Source: Lama guanicoe (lineage: Eukaryota). From it: DNA of 64,000 nt. A program made the translations under genes and the position numbers. The notes below the pieces were generated by a model. It did not search any database, was not told the origin of the DNA, and was given only the letters and a program-made list of their open reading frames with translations. Where the stretch lies: the NCBI GenBank assembly GCA_013239625.1, contig MU054541.1, positions 17,024,567 through 17,088,566 on the forward strand, given 5' to 3'. Below are positions 25,351 to 36,952 of this stretch, piece by piece. The stretch's first letter is position 1. The number at the start of each line of letters is the position of its first letter.

Positions 25351-25877
25351 GCCTGGCTTGGACCTTATGTGTCCGGCCTGTCTGTACAGCTTCAGGCAGG
25401 TGGACACACGCGCAGGACCCCTCTGCATCGAGCAAGGGTTTGTGTGCGGGTAGAAACCTCTGCATGAAATGCAGCATCTTGCCCCAGAACAAATTAGGTC
25501 AGGACTCTCTCCCCCTCCCTCCCCCTGCAAGGAAAGTAAAACTTTACGGCAAATGGAATTCCAGCCTTTGCACATGCTCCTGTGAGTGCAGCTGAACTAT
25601 TTCTGAATGTCTTCAGAGGCAGGTTTATGATCCTGGGAGGACCCAGGCTCCAGCGGCTGGTGCAGGAAAGAGGGCTCTTTGTGTGGTTGCCCCAGTTGCT
25701 GTGAAAGCCTGCCGGCCAGGGGCGGCCAGGGCTCCGGTGGAGCAGAACTGGGGGCCTGAGCGGGCCCACCCGGTCTCAGGAGCTGCCCCGGGACGGGCCT
25801 TCTCCCAGCCGGGATGCTGCTAATTGGAAACAGATGGTCCCTGAAAGGCTGGGCCCCAGGACTAGGCGGGCTGGTGG

Positions 25878-26080
25878 GCGCGCGCGCACACACACGCACA
25901 CAGGCACACACACAGGCGCGCGCACGCACACACACAGTCACACACAGTCATACACAGCCACACAGTCACGGTCACACAGATACACAGTCATACACACAAG
26001 CACACACACACACACAGGCACACACACTCACAAACCTCACCAGTACATACACACACACTCCCCTCAGCCTTCACCTGCTA
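25878..26080. repeat. Degenerate (GC)n/(CA)n microsatellite
   Basis: gcgcgcgcgcacacacacgcacacaggcacacacac... over about 200 nt. Confidence 0.9.
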
Positions 26081-27349
26081 CATACACAGGCACCCTCCTC
26101 TTCCTCTGACCCCTCGGCCCACACCCGCACCGCAGGAGGCCCCACTCCAGCGTGTCCCAGTGAGGACAGGAGAGGGTCAAGCAGGGGGTTAATGGGGCTC
26201 CAGTGTCACCTCGGTGTTACATTATTCTTCTCAAAACGGCCTGGAGCATCGGTTTGAAGGAGACAAGAAGTGTTTGTGGTGGCAGTCTCCTCTCTACTCC
26301 GGCATCCGCGACGTCATCCGCGATGGGGCAGGACGGGCATTGGCTTCCTGGCCTCCCTGTGTGTGCTTGAAAGGAGAAAAAGGAGATTGGAGTCTTTCTG
26401 TGCTTGCTTCCTGGGCTGTGAACTTCCTCTGGATCTCCTTCCAGACAATTTTTATTAAAGGGTTTCTTCTACTTTGAATCTCAACTCAGTGTCACTGAAC
26501 TTATTTCCTCCTTTTTGCTGCTCTGCCAACTTTGACTATTCATTTTAGGGGAGATTAAAACATCTTCCACCTTGATCTTTAAAGTAAAAACTAAGAAGGT
26601 TAAAATAAACTCCAGTACCCAAACGTGAGAGCGATGCAGTCAGGCCTCACACTCCTGCCTGAGGTGCGCAGCGAGGCGCCTGGGTCCCTGGGCAGTGCCG
26701 GTGGCAGTGTGCATCAGACTTGCCTTCCAAAGTGTGGTGGGCTGCATGCTGTCCTTTGTTAAGGAGTTAGGAGGGAGCTAGGCCCAGCCCGTAAACCTGA
26801 CGCACTCCACAGCTGTCTGCAGCGGAAACAGGCAGCGCAGGCTGCCGCCCTTGCAGGGAGGTGCACACACGACGGCTCCTTGGGAAAGCGGAGGCTGGGC
26901 TCTTGGCGGGCCAGTACAGACTCCAGTGCAGGGTCCTCGCGGGGTCCTTTAACCCTCGCTCCCAACACCGAGCACAGGCCGCGCAGACCCTGGCCCCATG
27001 AACGAGACCTTCCTTGTGCTCCTAAAGCTTGTGGCTGGAGGCAACACCTCAAAATTTCCTTTGAAAATAACCCTAAGTGCATTGTTCACAACTTTCTAAG
27101 CCCCGAGAAAAAGCCTTAAAGCACTCAGGCACCTTGTTTGTACTGGGAATTCCTGCCTGGCATTCTCAGTTTTAAGATGTGTCGCCATAAGTCCAAGTTC
27201 ACAAGTCATCTGTTTTTCAGGACCCGCAGCTCCCGCAGTCCGTGCACGGCTTGGGGCAGGGTCGTTGGGAGTTCTACCAGAAGTGTGTGTGTTTGTATGA
27301 CACAGGTCCCAAAGTGCCACCCTCGCCTCTCCCAAACGGGTAGGTTTTA

Positions 27350-29050
27350 ATCAGCAGGGTGCCGAGGGGTCACACACAGCAGCCACAGCTGGGCTGCAAA
27401 GCCACGCCAAGCACTGCCTGCCCCCTGCCATCCAGTGTCCCCTTTACGATGGTCTGGCGCAGCTGCCCTGCCCCGAGCGTCCGGAGGCCAGGCTACCCGC
27501 GCACACCCTGGCGCGCCCGGCACCAGGGGGCCGTGCCACCAGAATTAGCCCGCGTCTCTCTCTCGTGCCATTTTGGGTCCTTGGCCGGAGAGGCCGCCTC
27601 TGCCCCCTCAGGCCCGTCACGGGGTGCCCGCCGGCCGCCGGAGGCTGTCCCAAGGCCCCGTCCCCAGCACGACGGCAGGCCCGCACCCACCCTCACCCGT
27701 TCCCTCGGACCGGGCGTCTCTGCTGGGAGGCCGGCGACCGCGGCCCGACCCCAGGCCCCGGCTCCCGCCCTTCCTGCAGGGTCAGGGGTCGCACGCAGCC
27801 GACACCCCGCTCTCAGCTGCCCGCTTTGATCTCTGGACTCGGGCCCGGAGCCCGGCGCGGAAGCCGCTGCACTGGGCCCGCCGAGCTGTTGGGCCGAGGA
27901 GCCCCGACGCGGACGCGGGGTCCCGGGCGGGCGCGCGTGCCCCACTCGCGGCTCCGCCGCCTCCGGAGGGACCCGGACGGCAACCTCAGGGAACTGACCG
28001 CGCGCATGCGCCGGCCGCGCGCCCCTCCCCCGGCCCGGGCGGCGGGACCCCGCGCACGTGTCCCCGTGCCCAGCCTCGCGCGCCCCGGGCCCGAGCGCGG
28101 GCGGGAGCCAAGGACGCGATGGAAAACTGTGGTTAAGAAAATCAGGCACGGCCCAGCCCTGGCCCCGTCCAGGCGCCAGTGAGCGAGGGGACGGCGCTCG
28201 GAAGGGCCGAGGCCCAAAACTCCGATCAGGTGGGTGGGTGAACTTGGGGAGGCAGCTGCAGTGGGGCCTCCAGCGACCGACGGCCGCCCCGACGGGAGAC
28301 GCTGGGCCCGGGCCAGGGTGAGGTGGCCGCACCGCCTGAGGCCTGCCTGGGGCTGGAGCGGCCGCTCGGGCTCGGGAGTGTATATTTGGAAGGGGTCAGG
28401 ACCTCGGCTTGAGTTTGGCTTTTTATGGCGAGGAGGCCGCCAGGGAAGGGCCGTCTGGCGGGGCCTTCCTGCAGTGCCACTTCTCCCTGGCAGCTCGGCG
28501 CGGAGGGAGTCCTGGTCCCGGCGGCGGCGCCCCCGCTCCTCTGACCCTGCCCCGCGGACCCGTTCTGAAAAGCTGCGCTGCGTCGGGTTGACTCTTGGTC
28601 ACCGAACACTCTGGAAACCACTGCCCGGCACCTCCCGCTACTCCGCGCAGGAAGCGCCCGCGGGGGCCAGGGCTGAGCCTGGGGTGTCAGCCCTCGCGTT
28701 CTCTCCGGGACTGTCTCGCACGCAGACAGCCCGGGGCCGTGGCAGCCACCGTGGCCCCTCCACCGCCTCTCGCTGGGACCGAGCGGCTGGCAGCGAGGCC
28801 CGGACACTGCCCGCGTGCGTCCTCCGGCATCATCACAAAAATCCTCCCCGGGACGGACTGCTCGGAAGCCCCCGCGGCCTCTGCTGTCCGGGGCGCCCCG
28901 GCTCCCCAGTGGCCCCGAGGCGGCTCCGACCGGCCCTGAACCCTGGCGCTGCGCGCCGGGCGCGGGAGGCTCGGACCGGCCCCGCAGCCTCAGGGACGCC
29001 CGCTGGGTGCCGCCGGGGCCTGGGATGTCGCACTAGTCAGAGGACAGCGT
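27350..29050. promoter_or_regulatory. Intergenic (orphan) CpG island between the GMDS and FOXC1 3' ends
   Basis: About 1.7 kb of very dense CpG with no recognisable coding sequence. Confidence 0.8.
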
Positions 29051-32000
29051 TGTCGTTTTTTCCTCCACTGGCAGATTTTTAAGAATCCGATCCACCGCCT
29101 AAACACGTGCTGGCCACCCCTGTCCGGATGGTACATCTGTAGCCATTAACAAGACCCCACGCAGCCTCCGGGCCCAATGACCTGCTTTTACACTGAAGGA
29201 AATGCAGGGCCTTAAGAGTTAATGGCGCTAAATGTGTTGGTTTTCCTGCTCTTCCCCCGGGTCATGAGGGAGGGAGGGTGTCTGTCTCTTCTCTCTCTCT
29301 CTCCCTCTCTCTGTGTGATCTAAACCATCCTCAAAGCACTAGAGGAAACTCCTTCACCCCCCAACCTCCAGTTCTGTGTCCCCATCCCCGCGGAGCCTGG
29401 CAGTGGCCTCCTCCTTCTCTAGGCCATGCCTGGGGTCCCACCACCCAGGTCAATGGAGAGGCCCCTCCGCCAGCTCTGGCGGCCTGCCTACTGCTCACTC
29501 CTGCAAACGCCCAGGGCCACCCAAGTAGCACCAGGCTGTGTTGACTTGGGGGGGGGGGCAAAGGAGCAGCCCACCCAGCGTCCTTCCTGGGAGTGACCTG
29601 CCAGTGCAGCCAGGGAAAGGGGACAGGCAGTGGGCATGGAGGAACCCAAAGGCTCCCAGAGAAAGAAGATGCTCTTCGAGAGAAAAGCGGGAGGTGCCAT
29701 CTGGAAGAGCAGAGACCTGGGGAAGCACCTCTGAGCTTCAGTCACCCAGCCTACCGCAGTGGGGAGACTCGGAGCAGAAAGCAAGGCGAAGCCCTCTCTT
29801 GGGACCAGGCAGGCTGGCCTCCCCTGTCCTGTGTCTCTTCCAGGAGCTCCACCCTTCTCTCCTGTCTGAAGGCTCCCTGACCTCTAGTGAGGAAATCCCA
29901 GATCCCATGGCAACCCTGCGATATGCTCAATATGCTGCAAGTCTGAAATCAGTGAGGGAAAACGTCACGTCAACAACAACAGGATAATGGAAAGCAGAGG
30001 GCTTCTTCGGTGCTGGGGAGAGATGGGAGGGGGTGCAGCAGAGGTCTTCCGCTGGCCTTATGCTCCCTGCGCCATATTTTGGTTTCCAATAAGGCGGACA
30101 TGGTACATTTGGCTCAATTTTCCACTACTAATCACGTTGAGAATGTCCTGGAGAAGCGGCTTTCATTCTCCTGAACAGAGTTTGGAGCTGGAATTCCTTG
30201 GATTAAGGACTGTTCCTTTCCCAGCCGGACTTGGATCCGGAACTGCCAGTGCTGCTGTGTGGCCCTGTCTGTCCGAGGCCTGAGCACGAGCTCTGGTCAC
30301 GGCATCCGGTGCAGTGCCGGGTGGGCATGCGTTCCCCTGCGAGGTGGCCCAAGCTGGCTCGGGGACATCCGGGAGAGGCTTCGGCCCCAAGGCCTTCTGT
30401 GGAGGCCTGGGAGGAAGAGGGCGGGAAAAGGCAGGGACAGAGACAGGACAGAAGGGCAGAGACAGAGAGACACGCGGAACTTAATGATCACGATGGAGTC
30501 ACACTCGAAAGGGGGAGATGGAGCGAACGGGTGGCAGGCCACAAAGTTCCAGCTACCAACACAGAGCCCAAATAACGAAGGAAGACCGAAAATGCCATTA
30601 ATAAAAAGCTCTTTGCGAGGGTCATCTTGACCTCCTTGTAACTGAAATAGGAGCTTTCAGAAAAATGGGGGTTTTGAAACCAGCATTTAGCCCCCTAGCA
30701 AATGTCAGCGGGCTTTCTCTCCATCCATGGCCACCGTGTGACTCAATCAGGCTTTGCCCTGCTGGAGCCTCCTGAGCTCAGGGCTTCCTGGCCTCTGCCC
30801 CCCCTCCTGTCACAACTCATGGGGTGAACACTGTTATGGTCTCTCTGTCCCTTTTCTCCCCTTCTGCCCGCCTTCCCCCAAAGCTCCCTGCTTGGCTGAA
30901 GAACGCCCGGCAGAATGGGATTCTGTCCTGCCGGGCCAGCGTTATTCCATGGCCACCATCAATCTTGACCCTAAAGCGACATTTGTTTATGACTGGGTGG
31001 GGAGGGCTAATGGCTTCTCGAGCAGCTCTGCAAAATGAGTCGACAGGAGTCTAAAGAGGAGGCCTTGAGACAGCCGGTGGGACCCAGTGGTGGGAACTGG
31101 GCTCAGAAGCAAGTGGGGCTCCTCTCCAGAAGCTCCAAGATGTGGGTTGGGGATCAGAAGAAACTGTCACTCCAGCTGCCACTAACAGCATGGGAGAAGG
31201 AACACTGCTGGGTGTTAGGGCCCTGTGGGTGCCTCCCGTCCCTCCTGGGCAGCCCAGCCAGGCAGCCTGGACCAGCAGAGACTTTGGGGCCTCTCTGGGG
31301 TTTTGCACCATTAAGAACAAAACAAACGGCTCTCCACCTGAAAAACTGAGACCCTTCCACAGGGAACAGGATGGGAGAGAAAAGGTCCTATGTCCCTTCT
31401 CCACCTATCAAAGTTCCCGGGCGCCATAGGGCTGTGAGGCACTCTTGTTTCCTGACCCTTGTTTCTGACCCCGCAGGAAACAGCAAAGAGCTTACGGGCC
31501 ACCAGCACAATCGAGCCTTATTCCCCTGCAAACGCCGATTATTAATGACACATACTGTGTGGCATGATAAATTGTAAAATGCATGCTTGTTTGCATGCAG
31601 CCTGTTGGAAAGGGCCTGCTAACGACATAACCCTGGAGAGCAGCACCCACCAGGTGTGCTTGGATGTGGCACACTACGCACTGGCGTTGCCTGCTCATGG
31701 TGGAACTCGCTAAGAAGTGCCCACTGCCACATAGGAGACAAAACACTCTTCTAAAGCTTTCTACAGAGGCTGACTTCAAAATCAGCACAGTCCCCCAGCT
31801 GGGTCCTGTCTGGTGTCCCAGGCTAATTTCAAAATTTGTTAAAATATCAAGGAGTTTTTCTTAGAATATTCTTACAGCAAAACTACCCTTGTTGCTACCA
31901 AAGGTACAAATGAAACACTCAAAGCACTAGGGGATAAATAATGCTCAGCAAGGAATAAGGCGTCTCAGGCTGGCAGGAGTTGGTTTTTCTTGAACTGGGA

Positions 32001-32229
32001 ATGAGAATCCAAAAACAAACGTCCTGATAGTAGAGAACGTCACCTAAGTGGTTCTAAGAATCAGCTTAATGAGCAGAAACTTCTGACCTCCCACTCAAGC
32101 ACAGCCTCTGAACAATGAGGTAGAAATAACTCCTTTCTCCAGATTCTAGTATAACTCAAACACCTTCCTAGACGCAGGTCCTAAAGGCCTAATTTTCAAA
32201 CGCTGGAATCCAAGAAGGCAAAAATGATT

Positions 32230-33490
32230 GCCAAGAGGTTTCCAGGCGAGCGCTTAAAACACTCTCCCGGCTGCAGCAGCGAGGGCCCCTCTCTCGTAAG
32301 GGCTCCTCCTCGAAGCTGAGCGCTCCTGCCGGGCTCCCATTCCAGCCGCCGAGACTCGCGGCCCAGAAAGGGCCGGCCCGGGTCGGAAGCGCCCTCCAGG
32401 ACCAGCCGGGCCTCTCCTGCGCGCCGGCCCCGATCGCAGCCCACCCTCGCCGCGCCGCCCGAGTTCCCAGCGCGGGGCTGGGCCTAGGCCGGGCCGCCGA
32501 GGCCGCGGGGACGTGGAGGGTCTCGGGCCAGAGGATCCGACCGGCCGGCCCCGCCGCCCGCGCGGCCACTCCCGGTGACCCGTGGCCTCCGCAAACCGAG
32601 CGCACACGCCGCGCGAAGACGCGGCCGGCCGGGGAGGCCCAGCGCCGCGGGGCAGGGGGACCGGGCGGGCCGGGGCCCTCCGGGCGCCGGGAGCAGCGCC
32701 CGCCGTGGCCCCTCCGCCGGGCGGCCGCGCTCCTGCACACACGTGCGTCTTCAAAACAAAGGCGGCGGGCGCGGCGCGGAGCCGGAGCCCAGAGCCACGC
32801 GGAGCCCCGGGGTCAGGCCCGCCGGCGGCGCCCCTGGTTCCCTCCTCCGCCCGCGGCTCCCGCCGCCTTGCCCAGAGCGCGGTCGTCCCGGCGCCAAGAC
32901 CCGGCCCGCTACTAGCCCGCCTCTCTCCTGCCGACCCCCGGGTCGGGGAGGAGGCAGGCGTGGAGAGGGGCGCGGGCGCGTCATTCCCCTAATTAACCGG
33001 GGAGCGTCCGGCCCCGGAGGCGGGCGTCGGGTCGCGGAGACGCGCCCCAGCCGGAAAGCCCGGGTGGCCCGAGCCCGCACCGCCAGCCCCCACTCGGGAA
33101 AGGGGACCAACTACGGCAGAAAGTGCGAGCTCCCGTTGCCGGGCGCAGCGCGCCTTGGGGCCCGGCCTCGTCTGGGGGGACAGGGCCGCTGGTCACCTGC
33201 TGCAGCCGCTTCTCTCCGGGCCTGGCCAGCCCAGCTCCCGCCACCGTCCCTTTGTCCGCAAACCCCGCTCCGCGCGGGGCTAACAAAAGTGCGCGGCCGC
33301 GAGCAGGACGACATTTGTCGGCGGACCCTTCCCCTTCCCAGCCCGCAGGGTGCACCTGGGAAGCGCGAGGCCGCCTTTGCCCAGGGCTCCGACTCCGGGC
33401 GGTTGGCGCCGCAGGAAGGCCGCTCCAGGCCGCTTGCCCCGGGGGACACCGGCTGCGAGGCTGCGGCTGTGAGCCAGGGACCCAGCAAAT
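32230..33490. promoter_or_regulatory. CpG island immediately downstream of the FOXC1 poly(A) site
   Basis: Very dense CpG with a sharp boundary against the AT-rich FOXC1 3' UTR. Confidence 0.8.
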
Positions 33491-33513
33491 CAGAGGCCAC
33501 GTAGAGCAGTTTT

Positions 33514-35280
33514 TGACTGAAGTAGAGTGTATTTATTTGCAGCAATCCTTTAACAATGATCAAATTTTGACAACAAGCAACAGCAATTACTGCTAAGTGT
33601 TGCCTCTAGATCGGAGCGGCAGATAGCAGGAAACTGTATTATCTCGAAAACAAACGGAAAGGCCCTGAAAGTCTGTAATCAAATCGCCATCTCCCTAAAG
33701 TCTGATTGACAGGGCAGATCACCCTAAGATAATGAATTTATTACATTTCCTGGGTTATTTACAAGGGGGGGGAGGGCCAATCCGGATTGCCCCCTAGGTT
33801 TAACTGTAAATTAACAAGAAAAATCGGGTTGAAAAGAAACCACCTGGACTAAAATGCTCTGCTCTTTCCTCCTTCTTGTTTTCGCTTTAAATCTTTTTCA
33901 GAAAATAACTGCTCTACAAACATATCTTCTAAAATAGGCTCCCAAAGATTAAATATCCCTTTCCAACCCACAGTACATTTTTTAAAAAGTCAATCCTTCT
34001 ACGTAAGACATGAAGGCTAGTAAATGTGGATGATATACATACATTTAAAAACTGGTTTATTTTTCCTCTTAAAAGGAGGGAAATTAATAGGAAAAAATCC
34101 ATCCAGCATTTGGCTCCCCGAGACGTGTAATACACATCGCAGGTTTGTTTGTTTGCTTTTATGTGATATGCAAGCCAAATATTCATCTGTGTATCTGGAC
34201 TCAGTCCTCTCTCTCCACACACAGGTATCACTGTGGCAAGACTGCTGCTGATTCATGGGCTTAAAATTTCCAAGTCATGTGCTCATTACTGAGAAAATGC
34301 ATTTGTGTATATGCTAACTCAGATCTGTTTAGGAAAATACCTTTTACTAGCCACAAAGCAAGCTGACTATACAGTACATTTTGCAGAAGGTGCTGCCGGA
34401 AAAAAAAAGTCTAAACAAGAAGAGACTTTCATGTAAAATTTGGCAAGGAGTAGTCAGAGGGCTTCTCCGTTTACTCAGAGATTTAGGAGGACAGGTAATT
34501 TCTAGTGTTTTAATCTCTGAAATCTTTTTTCTCATGATAATTAAGGCTGTATTAAAGTATCCAGACATATAGGTCTCATTCAAACTGAATGGTAATTTAT
34601 TAATAAACAAACAATGAATATGTTCAACAGAAAGAAAGAAAAGATGATAGAATAAGATTAATACAGTTTCCCTTTTTATAATGAAAAAAAGCNNNNNNNN
34701 NNNNNNNNNNNNNNNNNNNNNNNNNNNNNNNNNNNNNNNNNNNNNNNNNNNNNNNNNNNNNNNNNNNNNNNNNNNNNNNNNNNNNNNNNNNNNNNNNNNN
34801 NNNNNNNNNNNNNNNNNNNNNNNNNNNNNNNNNNNNNNNNNNNNNNNNGGGACCTTCCCCCCTCCTTTCCACATAGGATTAAGCAATATCTTACAGGTGA
34901 GAGGTGAAGGCAGCACGAGAGGAGAGGAGGAGGAACGCGTGCTCTCTGAAAGAAGAAGAAACTTACGTGTTATCTGGAGTAACACTGTCCTTTAACAAAC
35001 CATGCCTCTGCGGTCTGTGCAAAACAGTTTACGCTTTTGTTTATTTAGATACGGCAAATTGGGGGTGGCTCCAAATCCGTCTTTTAAGAAAATGCTTTTC
35101 TTCCTGCTGGTGAGTTGGAAGTACGGAGGGACTCTCTTCGCTGGTTTGGTGGACGTTTTTCAAGTTTTTCAAATTGGGTTTTTTGGTTTCGGTTTTGCAT
35201 CGAGGATTCTTTGGCTGCTCCTGCTGGGGGGGGGTCCGGTTCAGTTCGGTTAGGAGGCGGGCGGGGCGGGGGGGATGTTG
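33514..35280 (-). other. FOXC1: FOXC1 3' UTR (about 1.8 kb, AU-rich)
   Basis: Abrupt switch to AT-rich sequence after the stop codon, ending at an AATAAA. The terminal sequence resembles the recalled end of the human FOXC1 mRNA. Confidence 0.8.
33532..33537 (-). terminator. FOXC1: FOXC1 polyadenylation signal AATAAA
   Basis: tttatt on + (AATAAA on -) at the boundary between the AT-rich UTR and the downstream CpG island. Confidence 0.8.
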
Positions 35281-36894
35281 TCAGAACTTGCTGCAGTCGT
35301 AGACGAAGGCCCCGGACGTGCGGTACAGGGACTGGCCCGAGGGGAAGGCCATCTGACAGCTGCTGCTCCCATTCACGGGGGAGTTGTTCAGGCCGATCCT
35401 CTGCGACTCGAACATCTCCCGCACCGAGTGGAAGTTCTGCTGCTGGCCCGGGTAGCCCGCGGCCGCCGCCGCCGCGCTTGCCAGGTGGCCCAGGTCCCCG
35501 CCCGCCTGGTTCAGATACCACGAAGCGAGGCGGCCTTGGTGGGCCACGGGGTGGTGGCCAGACTCCTGGCCGCCGCCGCCGTGGCCCAGAGAGGAGGAGC
35601 TGCTGCTGGTGGCCGGGGTCAGGGAGTAGTCGGGCAGGGGGTCGTCCACCGAGGAGCCGCCGGCGCCCGTGGGCGCGCCCTGCACGTGGCCGCCGCGCTC
35701 GCCAGCTGCGTACAGGCTCATGGCCTGCAGATTGCAGTGGTAGGTCCCGGCGCCCCCCGCCCCGCCGCCCCCGCCAGAGCTGCCTGCGCCGGGGCTCTGG
35801 CTGCAGGGGGAGCCGTACAGGGAGCTCTGGCCGGGCGAGTAGGCGCCGAGCGCCAGCGGGGGCGCGAGGCCGGCGCGCGAGGACGCGGTGGCCGGGGCCA
35901 GGAGGCTGGAGCCCAGCTCAGCGGCCGCGCCCTGCGGCGACCCCCGCAGCGACGTCATGATGTTGTCCACGCTGAAGCCCTGACTGTGCGGAGGCGCGGG
36001 CGCGGGCGGCGGGCCGGGCTCCGCGCCGTCCAGGCTTAGCGGACGCGCCGCCGGCAGGCCGCCTGGGGGGCTGCCCGCGCTGGACAGGCTGCTGCTGCTG
36101 CTGTCGGGGCTTTCGATTTTGGGCACCGCGGCGGCGCCCGCGCTGCCGCTGCCCAAGGCGGCGGCCGGGGACAGGGGCTGGGGCGGCGAGGGGCACGTAC
36201 CGTTCTCGGTTTTGATGTCCTGGATGCGCACGGGGGGCGGCTGCACTCCGGGCGCGGCGCCGTCGGCCTGCTCGGGCGGCGCGGGCGCGGGCTGGCGGCC
36301 GGGCGGCGGCGGCGGCTCCTTGAGGTGCAGCCGGTCCTTCTCCTCCTTGTNNNNNNNNNNNNNNNNNNNNNNNNNNNNNNNNNNNNNNNNNNNNNNNNNN
36401 NNNNNNNNNNNNNNNNNNNNNNNNNNNNNNNNNNNNNNNNNNNNNNNNNNNNNNNNNNNNNNNNNNNNNNNNNNNNNNNNNNNNNNNNNNNNNNNNNNNN
36501 NNNNNNNNNNNNNNNNNNNNNNNNNNNNNNNNNNNNNNNNNNNNNNNNNNNNNNNNNNNNNNNNNNNNNNNNNNNNNNNNNNNNNNNNNNNNNNNNNNNN
36601 NNNNNNNNNNNNNNNNNNNNNNNNNNNNNNNNNNNNNNNNNNNNNNNNNNNNNNNNNNNNNNNNNNNNNNNNNNNNNNNNNNNNNNNNNNNNNNNNNNNN
36701 NNNNNNNNNNNNNNNNNNNNNNNNNNNNNNTGCTNNNNNNNNNNNNNNNNNNNNNNNNNNNNNNNNNNNNNNNNNNNNNNNNNNNNNNNNNNNNNNNNNN
36801 NNNNNNNNNNNNNNNNNNNNNNNNNNNNNNNNNNNNNNNNNNNNNNNNNNNNNNNNNNNNNNNNNNNNNNNNNNNNNNNNNNNNNNNNNNNNNN
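35281..36894 (-). CDS. FOXC1: Forkhead box protein C1, single exon, about 537 aa; N-terminal 182 aa including the forkhead domain hidden by Ns, start inferred
   Basis: The visible 355 aa ([14 protein letters not shown]...[11 protein letters not shown]...[14 protein letters not shown]...[18 protein letters not shown]...[14 protein letters not shown]) match the FOXC1 C-terminal two-thirds. The start was placed by counting 182 codons back from K183 of the recalled human protein. The 4-nt island tgct (36,731-36,734) fits E54-Q55 in that register. Convergent synteny with GMDS supports the call. Confidence 0.96.
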   Translation of the reverse strand, partial: XXXXXXXXXXXXXXXXXXXXXXXXXXXXXXXXXXXXXXXXXXXXXXXXXXXXXXXXXXXXXXXXXXXXXXXXXXXXXXXXXXXXXXXXXXXXXXXXXXXXXXXXXXXXXXXXXXXXXXXXXXXXXXXXXXXXXXXXXXXXXXXXXXXXXXXXXXXXXXXXXXXXXXXXXXXXXXXXXXXXXXKEEKDRLHLKEPPPPPGRQPAPAPPEQADGAAPGVQPPPVRIQDIKTENGTCPSPPQPLSPAAALGSGSAGAAAVPKIESPDSSSSSLSSAGSPPGGLPAARPLSLDGAEPGPPPAPAPPHSQGFSVDNIMTSLRGSPQGAAAELGSSLLAPATASSRAGLAPPLALGAYSPGQSSLYGSPCSQSPGAGSSGGGGGAGGAGTYHCNLQAMSLYAAGERGGHVQGAPTGAGGSSVDDPLPDYSLTPATSSSSSSLGHGGGGQESGHHPVAHQGRLASWYLNQAGGDLGHLASAAAAAAGYPGQQQNFHSVREMFESQRIGLNNSPVNGSSSCQMAFPSGQSLYRTSGAFVYDCSKF

Positions 36895-36952
36895 NNNNNN
36901 NNNNNNNNNNNNNNNNNNNNNNNNNNNNNNNNNNNNNNNNNNNNNNNNNNNN
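36351..36952. other. N-run masking the FOXC1 N-terminus and forkhead domain; other N-runs at 34,693-34,848, 37,292-37,422 and 58,285-58,412
   Basis: Directly visible; interrupted by the 4-nt called island tgct at 36,731-36,734. Confidence 0.99.

Noticed and set aside
27359-33596. Long ORFs (279, 282, 309 aa) in the intergenic CpG islands
   Set aside because: Stop codons are rare at this GC content, and the ORFs are open in several frames at once with low-complexity composition.
36351-36952. FOXC1 pseudogenisation or loss of the forkhead domain
   Set aside because: The domain is masked by Ns. The gap has the expected length and register, and the visible CDS is intact.
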